Positions 8,943 through 18,722 of a stretch of 64,000 nt of DNA are shown here, piece after piece. Each line of letters starts with the position of its first letter. Position 1 is the stretch's first letter. The stretch comes from a virus. Taxonomy: Duplodnaviria; Caudoviricetes. The position numbers and the translations under genes are program-made. Where the stretch lies: IMG/VR virus record IMGVR_UViG_3300028025_000089. One strand, written 5' to 3'. The notes beneath the pieces are model-generated. The model worked only from the letters and a program-made list of their open reading frames with translations, made no database searches and was not told the origin of the DNA.

Positions 8943-9296
8943 ATGAAAGATTCAGAAATAAAAAAAATAGTAAGAAGAGTAATTTCAGAAGAAGTTAACG
9001 AAGGATCCACATGGGAAGGTGTTAAAGGATTTTTTAGAGGTAAAGGATATTATTATACAAAATATCTTACAGAACTAGAATATATCTTAGAAGAAATGGA
9101 AAAAGAAATTGTTAGTAATGCAAAGATAGAAAAAAAATTACAAAAATTAAAAGATAAGGTTGAGTCTTCGTCAATAGAAAAAGAAAAAAAAGACAACATA
9201 AAAATTATGTTTAACAGAACTCAACAAGTTATTCAATACGCCGATAGATTAATACAAAATGAATTATACAACTTAAAAAGACTTAAAGATTATTAA
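8943..9296 (+). CDS. Leader-variant coiled-coil protein
   Basis: MKDSEIKKIVRRVISEE. Confidence 0.8.
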   Translation: MKDSEIKKIVRRVISEEVNEGSTWEGVKGFFRGKGYYYTKYLTELEYILEEMEKEIVSNAKIEKKLQKLKDKVESSSIEKEKKDNIKIMFNRTQQVIQYADRLIQNELYNLKRLKDY

Positions 9297-9303
9297 TTCA
9301 ATT

Positions 9304-9702
9304 ATGAAAAAAATAATTAAACTTAATAAAAATGATTTAACGAAAATCGTTAAAAAAATTATTTTAGAAATGGATAATTTTTCTAATGACAAATTATCAG
9401 TAAAAGACTGGGAAAAAATATGGTTTAAATTAAGAAGACTTTCTCCAAGTTTTTTATTTCCTGATTTTCAAAATTTTTTTTTTACTTTCGGCGGTTTAGA
9501 CTTTCACTATAATGAAGATGATGGTTCATTAGTATTACACCCAATGTTTTCGGATCCATATCTTTGGAGAGATGAGTATGATAAAGGTGTTGAAGTTTTA
9601 GAAAAATATGCCGAAAAAATTAATGGGATTATCGAAGAATCAGGTTTGGACATAAAATTTGAAATGGGTCCAAAATTTCAAATGAGAATCTATAAACCAT
9701 GA
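9304..9702 (+). CDS. Leader-tag family protein (divergent)
   Basis: MKKIIKLNKNDLTKIVKKIILE. Confidence 0.8.
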   Translation: MKKIIKLNKNDLTKIVKKIILEMDNFSNDKLSVKDWEKIWFKLRRLSPSFLFPDFQNFFFTFGGLDFHYNEDDGSLVLHPMFSDPYLWRDEYDKGVEVLEKYAEKINGIIEESGLDIKFEMGPKFQMRIYKP

Positions 9703-10556
9703 AAGTTATAATTTCAGAAAATCAACTTGGTCTTATTAGACGGATGAGCAAAATTCAAGGGTTGATTGATCCCACTATGGATGAGGTTTATGAATATTTA
9801 CAAGGGAGCAATCCATCTTCTTTAGAAAAAAGACTTTATGGTTCTTTTGAAAGTACCGTTGTTATGAAATTAGCAAATCAACTTGCAAATAAAACAAGAC
9901 TTACCGGAGATGAAAAAGTTACACTAAGAAACCAACTTCAAAGGTATATTACAAATGAATATTACACGAAGATTAGGGACTACTTTATGTCTCGTTTAGA
10001 AAAAACTATAACTGAATCAAAATACGAAAAGAACTCAAACCTCATTTATAAGATGTGGAATGACGGTATGGATTTCTATGAGATTTCAGATCTGACGGGT
10101 TTAAGTTTAGAACAAATAATTTTTCTATTAAAAGATAAAAAAATACATATTGATTGTGGTTTTGCTTATCAACTTGTATCTATGCTTTTTAGTCACACTG
10201 ATTTAGTAAATAAGAAGTATAGTTTTGAAAACACGTCTGCAGATTTAGAGTTCTCATGGGATGGTTTTGGTGGTTATACTACTTTTGTATATCATGACCC
10301 AAGTTACAAATTAGTTGGTTTTTCAACACCTTATTGGAATGGTGATTGTAAAACACCTGTTGAGGGTTCGTATTTTGAAGATAAGGAGTCTGGTGAATAT
10401 TATGATCGTTATGACAACCAAAGTTTTCAAACAAGTTATACACCAAAAAGTTTTGAGTCCATTTCAGAACTGGTTGATTTTTTAAATAATGATTATCCAA
10501 AATTGTTAATTGAACCAATTGAAAAGTTATTAAAATATTATAAAGATAGAATTTAG
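9699..10556 (+). CDS. Hypothetical protein with MKVIISENQL leader and internal HTH-like segment
   Basis: GMDFYEISDLTGLS resembles a helix-turn-helix. Confidence 0.75.
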   Translation: MKVIISENQLGLIRRMSKIQGLIDPTMDEVYEYLQGSNPSSLEKRLYGSFESTVVMKLANQLANKTRLTGDEKVTLRNQLQRYITNEYYTKIRDYFMSRLEKTITESKYEKNSNLIYKMWNDGMDFYEISDLTGLSLEQIIFLLKDKKIHIDCGFAYQLVSMLFSHTDLVNKKYSFENTSADLEFSWDGFGGYTTFVYHDPSYKLVGFSTPYWNGDCKTPVEGSYFEDKESGEYYDRYDNQSFQTSYTPKSFESISELVDFLNNDYPKLLIEPIEKLLKYYKDRI

Positions 10557-10560
10557 ATAA

Positions 10561-10962
10561 ATGATTTCAGAAAAACACATAGAAAGAATTAATAATGTAA
10601 TCAAAGATATGGTTTTTGATTATGACGGAGATATTGTTGCTGATCTAAAAATAAACTTTCAATTTCAATTTGTAATAACAGGTCAAAGAAAAATGATTTC
10701 TGTTGGTGAATACTATGATTATTTAGACGTGTTAGTTGAAATTATTGATGGTGATGAAAGGGCTACAAAAATTTTTCATGTGTTTAAAGCCTTAAAAAAT
10801 AATTTAGATAAAGATTATAGATTAAATAATCATTTGACTTATTTAATTGGTGAAGAACTGTCGTATTTTTTTGGTGATGAATATGTAGGAATTAAAATTG
10901 TTAAAATACAATTTAGTGAGGAATACGACGAAAAAATTAAAAATATTAATGTTGATTTATGA
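10561..10962 (+). CDS. Hypothetical protein
   Basis: ORF track, operon spacing. Confidence 0.75.
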   Translation: MISEKHIERINNVIKDMVFDYDGDIVADLKINFQFQFVITGQRKMISVGEYYDYLDVLVEIIDGDERATKIFHVFKALKNNLDKDYRLNNHLTYLIGEELSYFFGDEYVGIKIVKIQFSEEYDEKIKNINVDL

Positions 10963-11435
10963 GAAAAATAGAACAATATCCCGATAAAGCACTAAGACCA
11001 ATTTTATTTAGTATAGTTGAGTCATTAGAAAATGAAGGAGTGACTTTAGATGATCTACTTGAGGATTATGAAGAGTATTTCACCGAGGCTTACGGACCAA
11101 TTGAATCAGAATTAGAAACTTATGGGTTAGGATCTGAGTTTGAGGATGTTACTTTTATTATTTATATTCTACTTGAAAATCCTGAATTCGCAACTGAACC
11201 AATCAAAAGACCTAAGTTGAGAAGTTATGAAATTATGCATACTTACGAAAGAAATGCAAGAATTCAGGACACTTATCTAAACACATATGATAGTTATATT
11301 CCTGTGACAAAAAGTATGTTACAACAAATGCAATCTGATGGTTCTTATGAACCGTATAATGGTGAAGAAATCAATTCAGAAGAAATCGATTCTGATTGGA
11401 TTGATGATTGGATTGATGATATTAAAGTAGTTTAA
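10959..11435 (+). CDS. Acidic hypothetical protein, apparent paralog of 54635..55081
   Basis: Shared ENPxF..L.xP.L..YEI and acidic tail. Confidence 0.75.
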   Translation: MRKIEQYPDKALRPILFSIVESLENEGVTLDDLLEDYEEYFTEAYGPIESELETYGLGSEFEDVTFIIYILLENPEFATEPIKRPKLRSYEIMHTYERNARIQDTYLNTYDSYIPVTKSMLQQMQSDGSYEPYNGEEINSEEIDSDWIDDWIDDIKVV

Positions 11436-11467
11436 TTTTTAATTTTTTTATTATATATTTGTTTTTG

Positions 11468-11782
11468 ATGAAAAAGGCAAGTATGAAACTATTTGATTTG
11501 GTCTATGGTGAGTTAATTCCCGTAGAATCAAAATTCTTTGGTAAAATGGTTTTTATATTTTACACTGTTGATGATCAACTAAAACCTCAGATTGTTTATT
11601 ACCCCTCCACTAAAGAAGTTAAAACTTTAAGAGAAATGGAAGTTGAGTTTTCATCTTTCATTCCACTTCACCGTGACGAATTTATCAAACAATTTTCAAA
11701 TTGGGTTAGAGAAAGATATTCAGAAGAAATGATTTTCAAAGGAGTTGAGTATATCGACTTTTTAGAAGATCTACTTTTGTGA
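11468..11782 (+). CDS. Hypothetical protein
   Basis: ORF track (first ATG 11468). Confidence 0.65.
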   Translation: MKKASMKLFDLVYGELIPVESKFFGKMVFIFYTVDDQLKPQIVYYPSTKEVKTLREMEVEFSSFIPLHRDEFIKQFSNWVRERYSEEMIFKGVEYIDFLEDLLL

Positions 11783-11793
11783 TATTTATTTAT

Positions 11794-12132
11794 ATGAATA
11801 TCCAAGAACAATTGAATCAAATCAAATATCTTCTTGACTACAAAAGAGGACAACTGGTGAATGAAATGGAATTTTCTAACCTACCAGGTGTTCAGCCCGA
11901 TAAAATGGATTACAGACGACCTATACCTAATCCTGACATACTTCCTGATTGTTTTTCAGCACTTTTAAAGTCGGATTTAAATATGATTTCATTTAATACT
12001 CATTCCTTAAAAGACGAAAAAAGTAAAAGAATTGACAACGTTGATTTAACATTTGACCCTAACGCACCTTCCGATGAGCTTGGCATTACAATAATAAAAG
12101 ATGGAAAACCATTTTGTTTTGTAAAAAAGTAA
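11794..12132 (+). CDS. Hypothetical protein (MNIQEQLNQIKYLL..VNE leader type)
   Basis: ATG 11794 after ATATTTAT. Confidence 0.75.
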   Translation: MNIQEQLNQIKYLLDYKRGQLVNEMEFSNLPGVQPDKMDYRRPIPNPDILPDCFSALLKSDLNMISFNTHSLKDEKSKRIDNVDLTFDPNAPSDELGITIIKDGKPFCFVKK

Positions 12133-12162
12133 TTTATTAAAGTATTTATAAATAAAAAGTAT

Positions 12163-12912
12163 ATGAATCACAAGGTAATTTTAACTGAAAAACAATTAGA
12201 TAGAATTGTTAGAAACTTGATGGAGGAACCAATTATTCCACTATCTCGACAAACAGATATAAATGCACAAAATGTTAATACAGCATCTTGGGAAAGAAAA
12301 AAAGGTAGAGAAATCGCAACAACACTTTCTGCCAAAGGTAAGGAAAACTTTAAATTGGGTGAGGCTGAAATAAACAAGGATGCGGCCCAAATTAAAAAAA
12401 TTGTTTCCGATTTGAAAGATTTTAATAATAGAGGTGGAGGAACCGCAACTGTTAATGGTAGTGCATCAAACACAGCTTGGGGTAGTTTTCCTGCTAGCTC
12501 TTCACAAGCGAGAGAAAAAAATACACAACTTGCAGAAAAAAGAAGAGATAATTTAATCAATTATTTAAAAACATTAGGATTAAATAAAATAACATTCGTT
12601 AAAGGAAGGGCCAGTGTGTCAGACTCTGATAAAGCAGAAAATCAAAATATCACAATAGATATTTTAGGTCAAGGAACTATGTTTGTAGACCCGAAAGGAG
12701 ATATTGGTGATAACACAAGAACTTCACCTAAACTTTACGATAAAAAATTTCCTGAAAGAAAAAAAATAATTCCAACCCCATATAGAACATCTGAATCAAG
12801 AGTTTGCACAAAGTTACCAACTGAACTTGTTAGTGAACTTAAAAAAGTAATCTATAATTGGGGTAAAACCAAAGGTTTAAAATTACCTATGAGTGATAAA
12901 ATCATAAAATAA
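12163..12912 (+). CDS. Leader-tag protein with OmpA_C-like peptidoglycan-binding motif
   Basis: VILTEKQLDRIVRNLMEE; NTQLAEKRRDNLINYLKTLG resembles N..LS..RA..V..YL...G. Confidence 0.7.
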   Translation: MNHKVILTEKQLDRIVRNLMEEPIIPLSRQTDINAQNVNTASWERKKGREIATTLSAKGKENFKLGEAEINKDAAQIKKIVSDLKDFNNRGGGTATVNGSASNTAWGSFPASSSQAREKNTQLAEKRRDNLINYLKTLGLNKITFVKGRASVSDSDKAENQNITIDILGQGTMFVDPKGDIGDNTRTSPKLYDKKFPERKKIIPTPYRTSESRVCTKLPTELVSELKKVIYNWGKTKGLKLPMSDKIIK

Positions 12913-12959
12913 AAGAGTTTTTTTAAAAAACTAAATATTTATAAATAAAATTAAAAAAA

Positions 12960-13604
12960 ATGGGAAGAAAAATTAGACTTACAGAATCAGAGTTTCATTC
13001 ATTAATTCGAAGAATTGTTATGGAAACTCAAGAAGAAATGAATATTCAAATGGACGAAGAAATGGACATGGAAATGGGTGAAGAAGACGTTGTTGATAAA
13101 ATCCAAGATGTTGTTGAGGATGAATTAGGTGACGAGTTCAGACAATTATCTTCTGATGAACTTATGACTATGATGAGAAACTTAGAAAAAGTTGAAAACA
13201 TGATTAGATCAAAAGAAAGAAGATCAGGTGAAGAAATTTTATTTGATGATTTTGTTGATGAAGTTGGAAGTGTTTCTAAAGATGAGATGGGTGAAGGTAT
13301 TGATGCAAGAAAATCTAAAATGAGAAAAAGAGGTAAAATGATTGGTGGGGCAGGATTACTTGCGGCGGGATTATTAACTTTAATGTCTCAAGGAACAACA
13401 TATACTGATTGGGGTCCTGCATTCATTGATCTTCACGACGCTATACAAGCGGCTTTTGGTGAATACGCACCAAATGTTGGTTTGTTAGAAGTTGTTACAG
13501 GACTTGGATTGGCTTTAAATGGTATCGCTCAACAACAGGGAGAAGATGAAGAAAAAGAAATTCAAAAAGAGAATTATTTAAGAAGAAAATACAGAAGATA
13601 TTAA
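12960..13604 (+). CDS. Leader-tag protein with acidic region and hydrophobic helices
   Basis: MGRKIRLTESEFHSLIRRIVME. Confidence 0.85.
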   Translation: MGRKIRLTESEFHSLIRRIVMETQEEMNIQMDEEMDMEMGEEDVVDKIQDVVEDELGDEFRQLSSDELMTMMRNLEKVENMIRSKERRSGEEILFDDFVDEVGSVSKDEMGEGIDARKSKMRKRGKMIGGAGLLAAGLLTLMSQGTTYTDWGPAFIDLHDAIQAAFGEYAPNVGLLEVVTGLGLALNGIAQQQGEDEEKEIQKENYLRRKYRRY

Positions 13605-13622
13605 AAAAATAATAACTTAAAT

Positions 13623-13654
13623 AAAAAAACCCCTTGATTACTCGAGGGGTTTTT
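13623..13654. terminator. Bidirectional terminator
   Basis: A-run-CCCCT/AGGGG-T-run between convergent genes. Confidence 0.8.
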
Positions 13655-13991
13655 CATTTGACCTACTTTTTAAATTATCTTCTAAAATTGAAACGATGTC
13701 GTCAATTTCTTTTTTATCATCGTCACTAACCAATTTGAATTTTTTATACTTGTGTAAGTATTCCCAAAAAAATAAAAGGTGGACTATTAAGAAAATAATA
13801 ATAGACATTTTAGAAACTCCTAAAAAAATAAAATACGGAACCCCAAAGCATGTTAAACTAAATAAAAAATTAACAATATCAGAATTTGATTTTGACAAAA
13901 ACTTATATTTTTTAATTACCTTTTTTAATTCATCTTCAGGTAAATCTTTATATAGATCGGCTTCCTTTTGAATTTTGTTTCTAATGTCCAT
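13638..13991 (-). CDS. Membrane protein (2 TM)
   Basis: Hydrophobic segments; TATATTTG promoter upstream on minus strand. Confidence 0.75.
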   Translation of the reverse strand: MDIRNKIQKEADLYKDLPEDELKKVIKKYKFLSKSNSDIVNFLFSLTCFGVPYFIFLGVSKMSIIIFLIVHLLFFWEYLHKYKKFKLVSDDDKKEIDDIVSILEDNLKSRSNEKPLE

Positions 13992-14047
13992 TTCTTTTTT
14001 TTTATTACATTTCTACAAATATAATATTTTATTTGACAATAAAAAAA

Positions 14048-14473
14048 TTATTCTACAGAAATTAATTCTAAATCAAAAATTAAATCTTTACCCGCTAACG
14101 GATGGTTACCATCAATAACTAAACTTTCTTCTTTAATTTCTCTCACAATAACATTTAAAGGTCCTTGATTAGTCATGGTTTGAAGCATCTGTCCTTCAGT
14201 AACTCCTTCAGGTGCTCTTTCTTTTGGGACTTCTGCAATTAAATCAGGATTTACATCTCCATAACCTTCAGAAAAAGGAATTGTGATTGTTTTAGTTTCT
14301 CCTTCAGTCATACCAAGTAATCCTTTTTCAAATCCCGGAATTAAAGAACCTTGACCTAATGTTGCAGATAATGGTTCACGACCTTCGTTTAGTGAAGAAT
14401 CAAAAACATTTCCATTTTCTAATCTTCCCGTGTAATTTACAGTCACGGTGCTGTTTAATTCTACTTTTTTCAT
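14048..14473 (-). CDS. slyD: FKBP-type peptidyl-prolyl isomerase (SlyD/FkpB-like, no His-rich tail)
   Basis: VTVNYTGRLENG.VFDSS..GREPL..TLGQGSLIPGFE..DGNHPLAGKDL.FD. Confidence 0.92.
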   Translation of the reverse strand: MKKVELNSTVTVNYTGRLENGNVFDSSLNEGREPLSATLGQGSLIPGFEKGLLGMTEGETKTITIPFSEGYGDVNPDLIAEVPKERAPEGVTEGQMLQTMTNQGPLNVIVREIKEESLVIDGNHPLAGKDLIFDLELISVE

Positions 14474-14541
14474 AATAAATAATAATTTGTGAATAAACCT
14501 AACGATTTAAAACAAAATAGTAAAACAATATTTATATTAAA

Positions 14542-14724
14542 ATGAAAGATTTTTTAAAATATCTATATATTACGTTAATGAATAAATACGGATCATTTAT
14601 GTGGTTTGGAATTCACATGGGTGTTACTCAAGTTGATTGGCATTGGATTTTAGAAACTTCAATTTGTGTGTTGATTAATTTAATGGTTTTTCATACCATT
14701 TACCTCGAGTGGAAATCCAAGTGA
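14542..14724 (+). CDS. Small membrane protein
   Basis: 60 aa hydrophobic; ATATTTAT upstream. Confidence 0.6.
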   Translation: MKDFLKYLYITLMNKYGSFMWFGIHMGVTQVDWHWILETSICVLINLMVFHTIYLEWKSK

Positions 14725-14791
14725 TTAATATTTGTAGATTTTCATTTAACATTTTAAGACAACTTACTAAACCTAATAACGTATTTTTAAT

Positions 14792-17245
14792 ATGAAACAA
14801 TTACTAATTTTATTTTTATTCCCCCTTTTTATCTATTCTCAGTATTGTCCTTTTATCGGACCTGACTTAAATCTTCCTTGTGGTGTTACACAAACTACTT
14901 TAACTGCGGATCTTTCACAGTGCGGTCAAGGATCAAACCCAAACTCAACAACAAATTATACCGTATCACAAATTACTTACGCACCACAAACAAATCTTGG
15001 AACTTTAGTTACATTAGGTGATGATTCTCAATCGGGAATATTTAATATTGGATTTACCTTTTGTTTTTATGGTCAAACTTATACTCAATTTAGAATTGGG
15101 TCAAATGGTTGGGTTTCTTTAGGTAACGGGGCTCAACCCTTTACATTTGCATCAGTTTCTATCCCAACCGTAAATGCCGCGGTTCCTAAAAATTGTATTA
15201 TGGGTCCTTGGCAAGACTGGAATCCTGGTATTGGAGGTCAAGTTAGATACCAAGTTCAAGGGGTTGCCCCATGTAGAAAGTTAGTAGTTAGTTGGATTGG
15301 TGTTCCTATGTATTCATGCACCAATTTACAAGGAACTTTTCATATTGTATTATATGAATCAACAAATATTATAGAAAACTATATTGCAAATAAACCAAAT
15401 TGTCCTCAATGGGCGGGTGGAACATCAGTTCAAGGCGTTCATAATCCTACAGGAACTCAAGCAGTAACAGTTGCAGGTCGAAACTCTACTCAATGGACTG
15501 CGGTGAATGATGCAAGACGATATACACCTTCAGGACCCGTAGTTCAACCTGTGTTAACTTGGTATCAAGTTGGAAATCCTGTGTCTATTGGAACAGGTCA
15601 AAGTATAACCGTAACCCCTCCTCTTAATGGTGCATACTACACTTGTCATTTAGAGTATGGACCTTGTAACGCAGGTTGGTCGACCTGTAATCAACAAGGT
15701 GTTGGTTTAGGTCCTGATACAATACATGTTGTTCCCACACCTAACTTACCGATTCCTACAATAACACCAACAGATCCACTTTGTAATAATGGTTGTAATG
15801 GATCTATTGTGGTTACTCCTATTGGTGGAACTCAACCATTCAATATCAGTTGGAATAATGGTGGAAACACTTTAACGTTAAACAATTTATGTTCAGGAAC
15901 TTATACTTTCACTTTAACAGATGCCACAGGTTGTAGTTATAATGGAACTTCTACATTAAACAACCCGGCACCTTTACAACAACCAACAATTACCCCTACA
16001 AATCCTGTTTGTTATGGATATTGTGACGGATCAGCAACGGTAAATCCAATTGATGGTCTCGCACCTTACACTTTTATGTGGAATAATAACCAAACAACAC
16101 AAACGGCAACTAATTTATGTTCAGGAAATTATTCTGTCACGGTTTATGACGCAAATAACTGTCCTGCAACACAAAATGTTACACTTGTTGATCCCCCACA
16201 AGTAACAATCAACCCAATTACAGGTTTAGACACCGTTTGTTATAACTCCACAACCAATTTATACAACGTTTCCAGTGTTTTTCCTGGTCTAAACTATGTA
16301 TGGACTAACGGAATTGGAAATATCACGTCAGGTCAAGGGACAAATCAAATAAATTTGGATGTTACAGGTGTAAATGGTGGTTTATATAACAATGCATTAT
16401 CAGTTATTGGTGTAAATCAAGTGGGATGTCAGTCATCACCACAAACTTTTAACATTGTTGTGTTAAATATTCTTCCTGTAATCACACAAGTTGGTCCTTT
16501 TTGTGAATATGACAACTGTATTAACCTAAATGCCACTCCCGCAGGTGGAATACTCAGCGGAATGAACGTTTGGGGTAATCAATATTGTCCTGATAACGGA
16601 TTTATCGGGTTAGATCAGGTAGATTATACATATACTCAGTCAGGTTGTTGGTTTGACACAAGTATTTTTGTTCAAGTTTATCCAAGACCTAACATTTTAC
16701 CTGTAACAAACGGTGTTGTTGATGAAAATATGGAGTATCATCAAATATGTGAAGGAGATACTGTGTCAGATGTGTTTAGTTTAACGTCAGTTAGTGGTGG
16801 ATATAACGAATGGTATGTGTTTGGAGACACAATTACTAACAATACTTTGAGTGTGACATGGGATATGGACGGAATATTCACTTTTCAGGGTGTAAGATGG
16901 GACAATGGATGCGTTTCTAACCCCCAATCCTTCACAATAACCTTAGAATTGTGTCCAAATGAGATATTTTACATACCAAACGCCTTTACACCTGATGGTG
17001 ATGAGAAAAATAACACATTTAAACCCATAATTACAAGTGGTGTGGACATTTTTAACTATAGTTTTTACATATACAACCGTTGGGGACAAGTAATTTGGGA
17101 ATCTTACAACCCAAATATAGGTTGGGATGGGACATTTAACACAATTATGTGTCAAGATGGGGTATATACTTGGAAATTGAAGTTTAAATCTCCTAAAACT
17201 GATGAAATTAAAGAATTTATGGGAAGTTTAACACTTATTAGATAA
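14792..17245 (+). CDS. T9SS type-B CTD (gliding-motility-associated C-terminal domain) adhesin-like protein with SprB-like repeats
   Basis: Signal peptide; Cys-NNGCNGSIVV..GGT.PF..SW repeats; C-term IPNAFTPDGDEKNNTFKP..YNRWGQVIWES..WDGT..DGVY. Confidence 0.9.
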   Translation: MKQLLILFLFPLFIYSQYCPFIGPDLNLPCGVTQTTLTADLSQCGQGSNPNSTTNYTVSQITYAPQTNLGTLVTLGDDSQSGIFNIGFTFCFYGQTYTQFRIGSNGWVSLGNGAQPFTFASVSIPTVNAAVPKNCIMGPWQDWNPGIGGQVRYQVQGVAPCRKLVVSWIGVPMYSCTNLQGTFHIVLYESTNIIENYIANKPNCPQWAGGTSVQGVHNPTGTQAVTVAGRNSTQWTAVNDARRYTPSGPVVQPVLTWYQVGNPVSIGTGQSITVTPPLNGAYYTCHLEYGPCNAGWSTCNQQGVGLGPDTIHVVPTPNLPIPTITPTDPLCNNGCNGSIVVTPIGGTQPFNISWNNGGNTLTLNNLCSGTYTFTLTDATGCSYNGTSTLNNPAPLQQPTITPTNPVCYGYCDGSATVNPIDGLAPYTFMWNNNQTTQTATNLCSGNYSVTVYDANNCPATQNVTLVDPPQVTINPITGLDTVCYNSTTNLYNVSSVFPGLNYVWTNGIGNITSGQGTNQINLDVTGVNGGLYNNALSVIGVNQVGCQSSPQTFNIVVLNILPVITQVGPFCEYDNCINLNATPAGGILSGMNVWGNQYCPDNGFIGLDQVDYTYTQSGCWFDTSIFVQVYPRPNILPVTNGVVDENMEYHQICEGDTVSDVFSLTSVSGGYNEWYVFGDTITNNTLSVTWDMDGIFTFQGVRWDNGCVSNPQSFTITLELCPNEIFYIPNAFTPDGDEKNNTFKPIITSGVDIFNYSFYIYNRWGQVIWESYNPNIGWDGTFNTIMCQDGVYTWKLKFKSPKTDEIKEFMGSLTLIR

Positions 17246-17260
17246 GAGATATTTATTTAT

Positions 17261-17917
17261 ATGAGTAAAAATAAGAATCCTAAGCTAAAAAAAGGTGATC
17301 GTATAGTATTAATATACATGCCAGGAGAAGATATCGACACTGGAACTAAAGGAAAGGTCATAAAAATTGGTCAACAACCTAGTTCTAACTCAGAATTTGA
17401 TTATTTATATGAAATGGAGTGGTATGATGATGAAGGAAAAGTAATTGATAGTCTATCTTTACTCCCACAGAGTGATACTTGGATATTAGATCCCGAATTT
17501 AGTCAAAAAAACCTTCAAGAAGCCCGTTTTACTGACTTAGATGATCTAATTAGACACCATGAGTGGTCAAAATTGTTTAAAAAGGCTGATTTACAGTATG
17601 TTTTAAACTTTTTAATGGCAATTAGAGATTTAGGAGTGGTAAATATGCTACAATCAGGTCAATTTTTAGGTCAAACTAAAGAATATCTAACAAAATACTT
17701 TGATTTATACCGAATGCAACGAGATTTAGACGAAAATGACGAAGAATTAATCGAAAAAATTATAAATATGGGTGAAAAAGTAAGAAATATCATGATTTCA
17801 GCAGCAATTACTGATTTGGAACGTAAAAATCAAGAAATTACCCCTCAATCAGCGACAAATAGAGTAAATAGACTTACAAAAGAAATATTACAGTGGTATA
17901 TTAAGTCTTTTTATTGA
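17261..17917 (+). CDS. Hypothetical protein, N-terminal SH3-like domain
   Basis: LKKGDRIVL..GTKGKV..Y.MEW. Confidence 0.75.
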   Translation: MSKNKNPKLKKGDRIVLIYMPGEDIDTGTKGKVIKIGQQPSSNSEFDYLYEMEWYDDEGKVIDSLSLLPQSDTWILDPEFSQKNLQEARFTDLDDLIRHHEWSKLFKKADLQYVLNFLMAIRDLGVVNMLQSGQFLGQTKEYLTKYFDLYRMQRDLDENDEELIEKIINMGEKVRNIMISAAITDLERKNQEITPQSATNRVNRLTKEILQWYIKSFY

Positions 17918-17962
17918 TTTTATTAAAAAAAATACCTATTTTTAAGTAAAATCACATAAATT

Positions 17963-18256
17963 ATGACACTTTTATCTATTTCTTTACTCGTTTTTAGTGT
18001 TTCTATACTATTTTTTACTATTTTAATGATAATTTGGTGGAAAAAATACGGAAAATCACTGTTTTCTACCCTAAAAAACCTAAAAAACATGCAAAATCCA
18101 CAAAATTTCATGGAAAACATGGGAAATTTAGGTAATTTAGAAGATTTTTATCAAAATATTGGTAATTTTGGGGGTCAAATGGGTGGTTTTGGTAGTAAAA
18201 TAACTGATTTTAACCAAAGAATGAGTAAAATTGCTAAAAAATTTGACAAAAAATAG
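17963..18256 (+). CDS. Single-TM membrane protein
   Basis: N-terminal TM, N/Q/G-rich tail. Confidence 0.7.
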   Translation: MTLLSISLLVFSVSILFFTILMIIWWKKYGKSLFSTLKNLKNMQNPQNFMENMGNLGNLEDFYQNIGNFGGQMGGFGSKITDFNQRMSKIAKKFDKK

Positions 18257-18280
18257 TCAAATTTGACCATTTTAAACACT

Positions 18281-18307
18281 AAAAAACCCCCTAAATAGGG
18301 GGTTTTT
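18281..18307. terminator. Bidirectional terminator
   Basis: AAAAAACCCCC/GGGGGTTTTT. Confidence 0.85.
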
Positions 18308-18337
18308 ACGTTAAAATAAGGTATATTTAGGTCTAAA

Positions 18338-18586
18338 TTACTCGTTTTCAGGGGTTTCTTCCTTAAAAAAGTTAGTTAAAAACTTACCTAATGCACCAAG
18401 TGCAATGGAAGTAACTATCATTGATTTGATCTCAAATGGTGTGAATATGTCTTTTAGGTTGTCAAACTGCCATAAACCACCAATTGCTAACACTGAAGAC
18501 ACAGCCAAAAACGTATCACCCAACTTTCTCCACTTTTTTGGTGTTGGTTTCCAGTAACTACTTGTTATTTTTTTCAGTTTTGTCAT
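18338..18586 (-). CDS. Holin-like 2-TM membrane protein
   Basis: Basic N-terminus PTPKKWRKLGD followed by two TM segments. Confidence 0.55.
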   Translation of the reverse strand: MTKLKKITSSYWKPTPKKWRKLGDTFLAVSSVLAIGGLWQFDNLKDIFTPFEIKSMIVTSIALGALGKFLTNFFKEETPENE

Positions 18587-18588
18587 AA

Positions 18589-18717
18589 TTATCTACCTTG
18601 ACCCTTGTATTTTTTTGGTCTCTGTTCTTTTGGACCGTATTTCTTTTTAATTTTACCTACAGTTTTCTTACCAAACGTCATTTTGTTTGATTTTACAGTT
18701 CCAACACTCTTTGCCAT
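18589..18717 (-). CDS. Small highly basic protein (42 aa, not in track)
   Basis: MAKSVGTVKSNKMTFGKKTVGKIKKKYGPKEQRPKKYKGQGR; fills the operon gap exactly. Confidence 0.75.
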   Translation of the reverse strand: MAKSVGTVKSNKMTFGKKTVGKIKKKYGPKEQRPKKYKGQGR

Positions 18718-18722
18718 AACTA

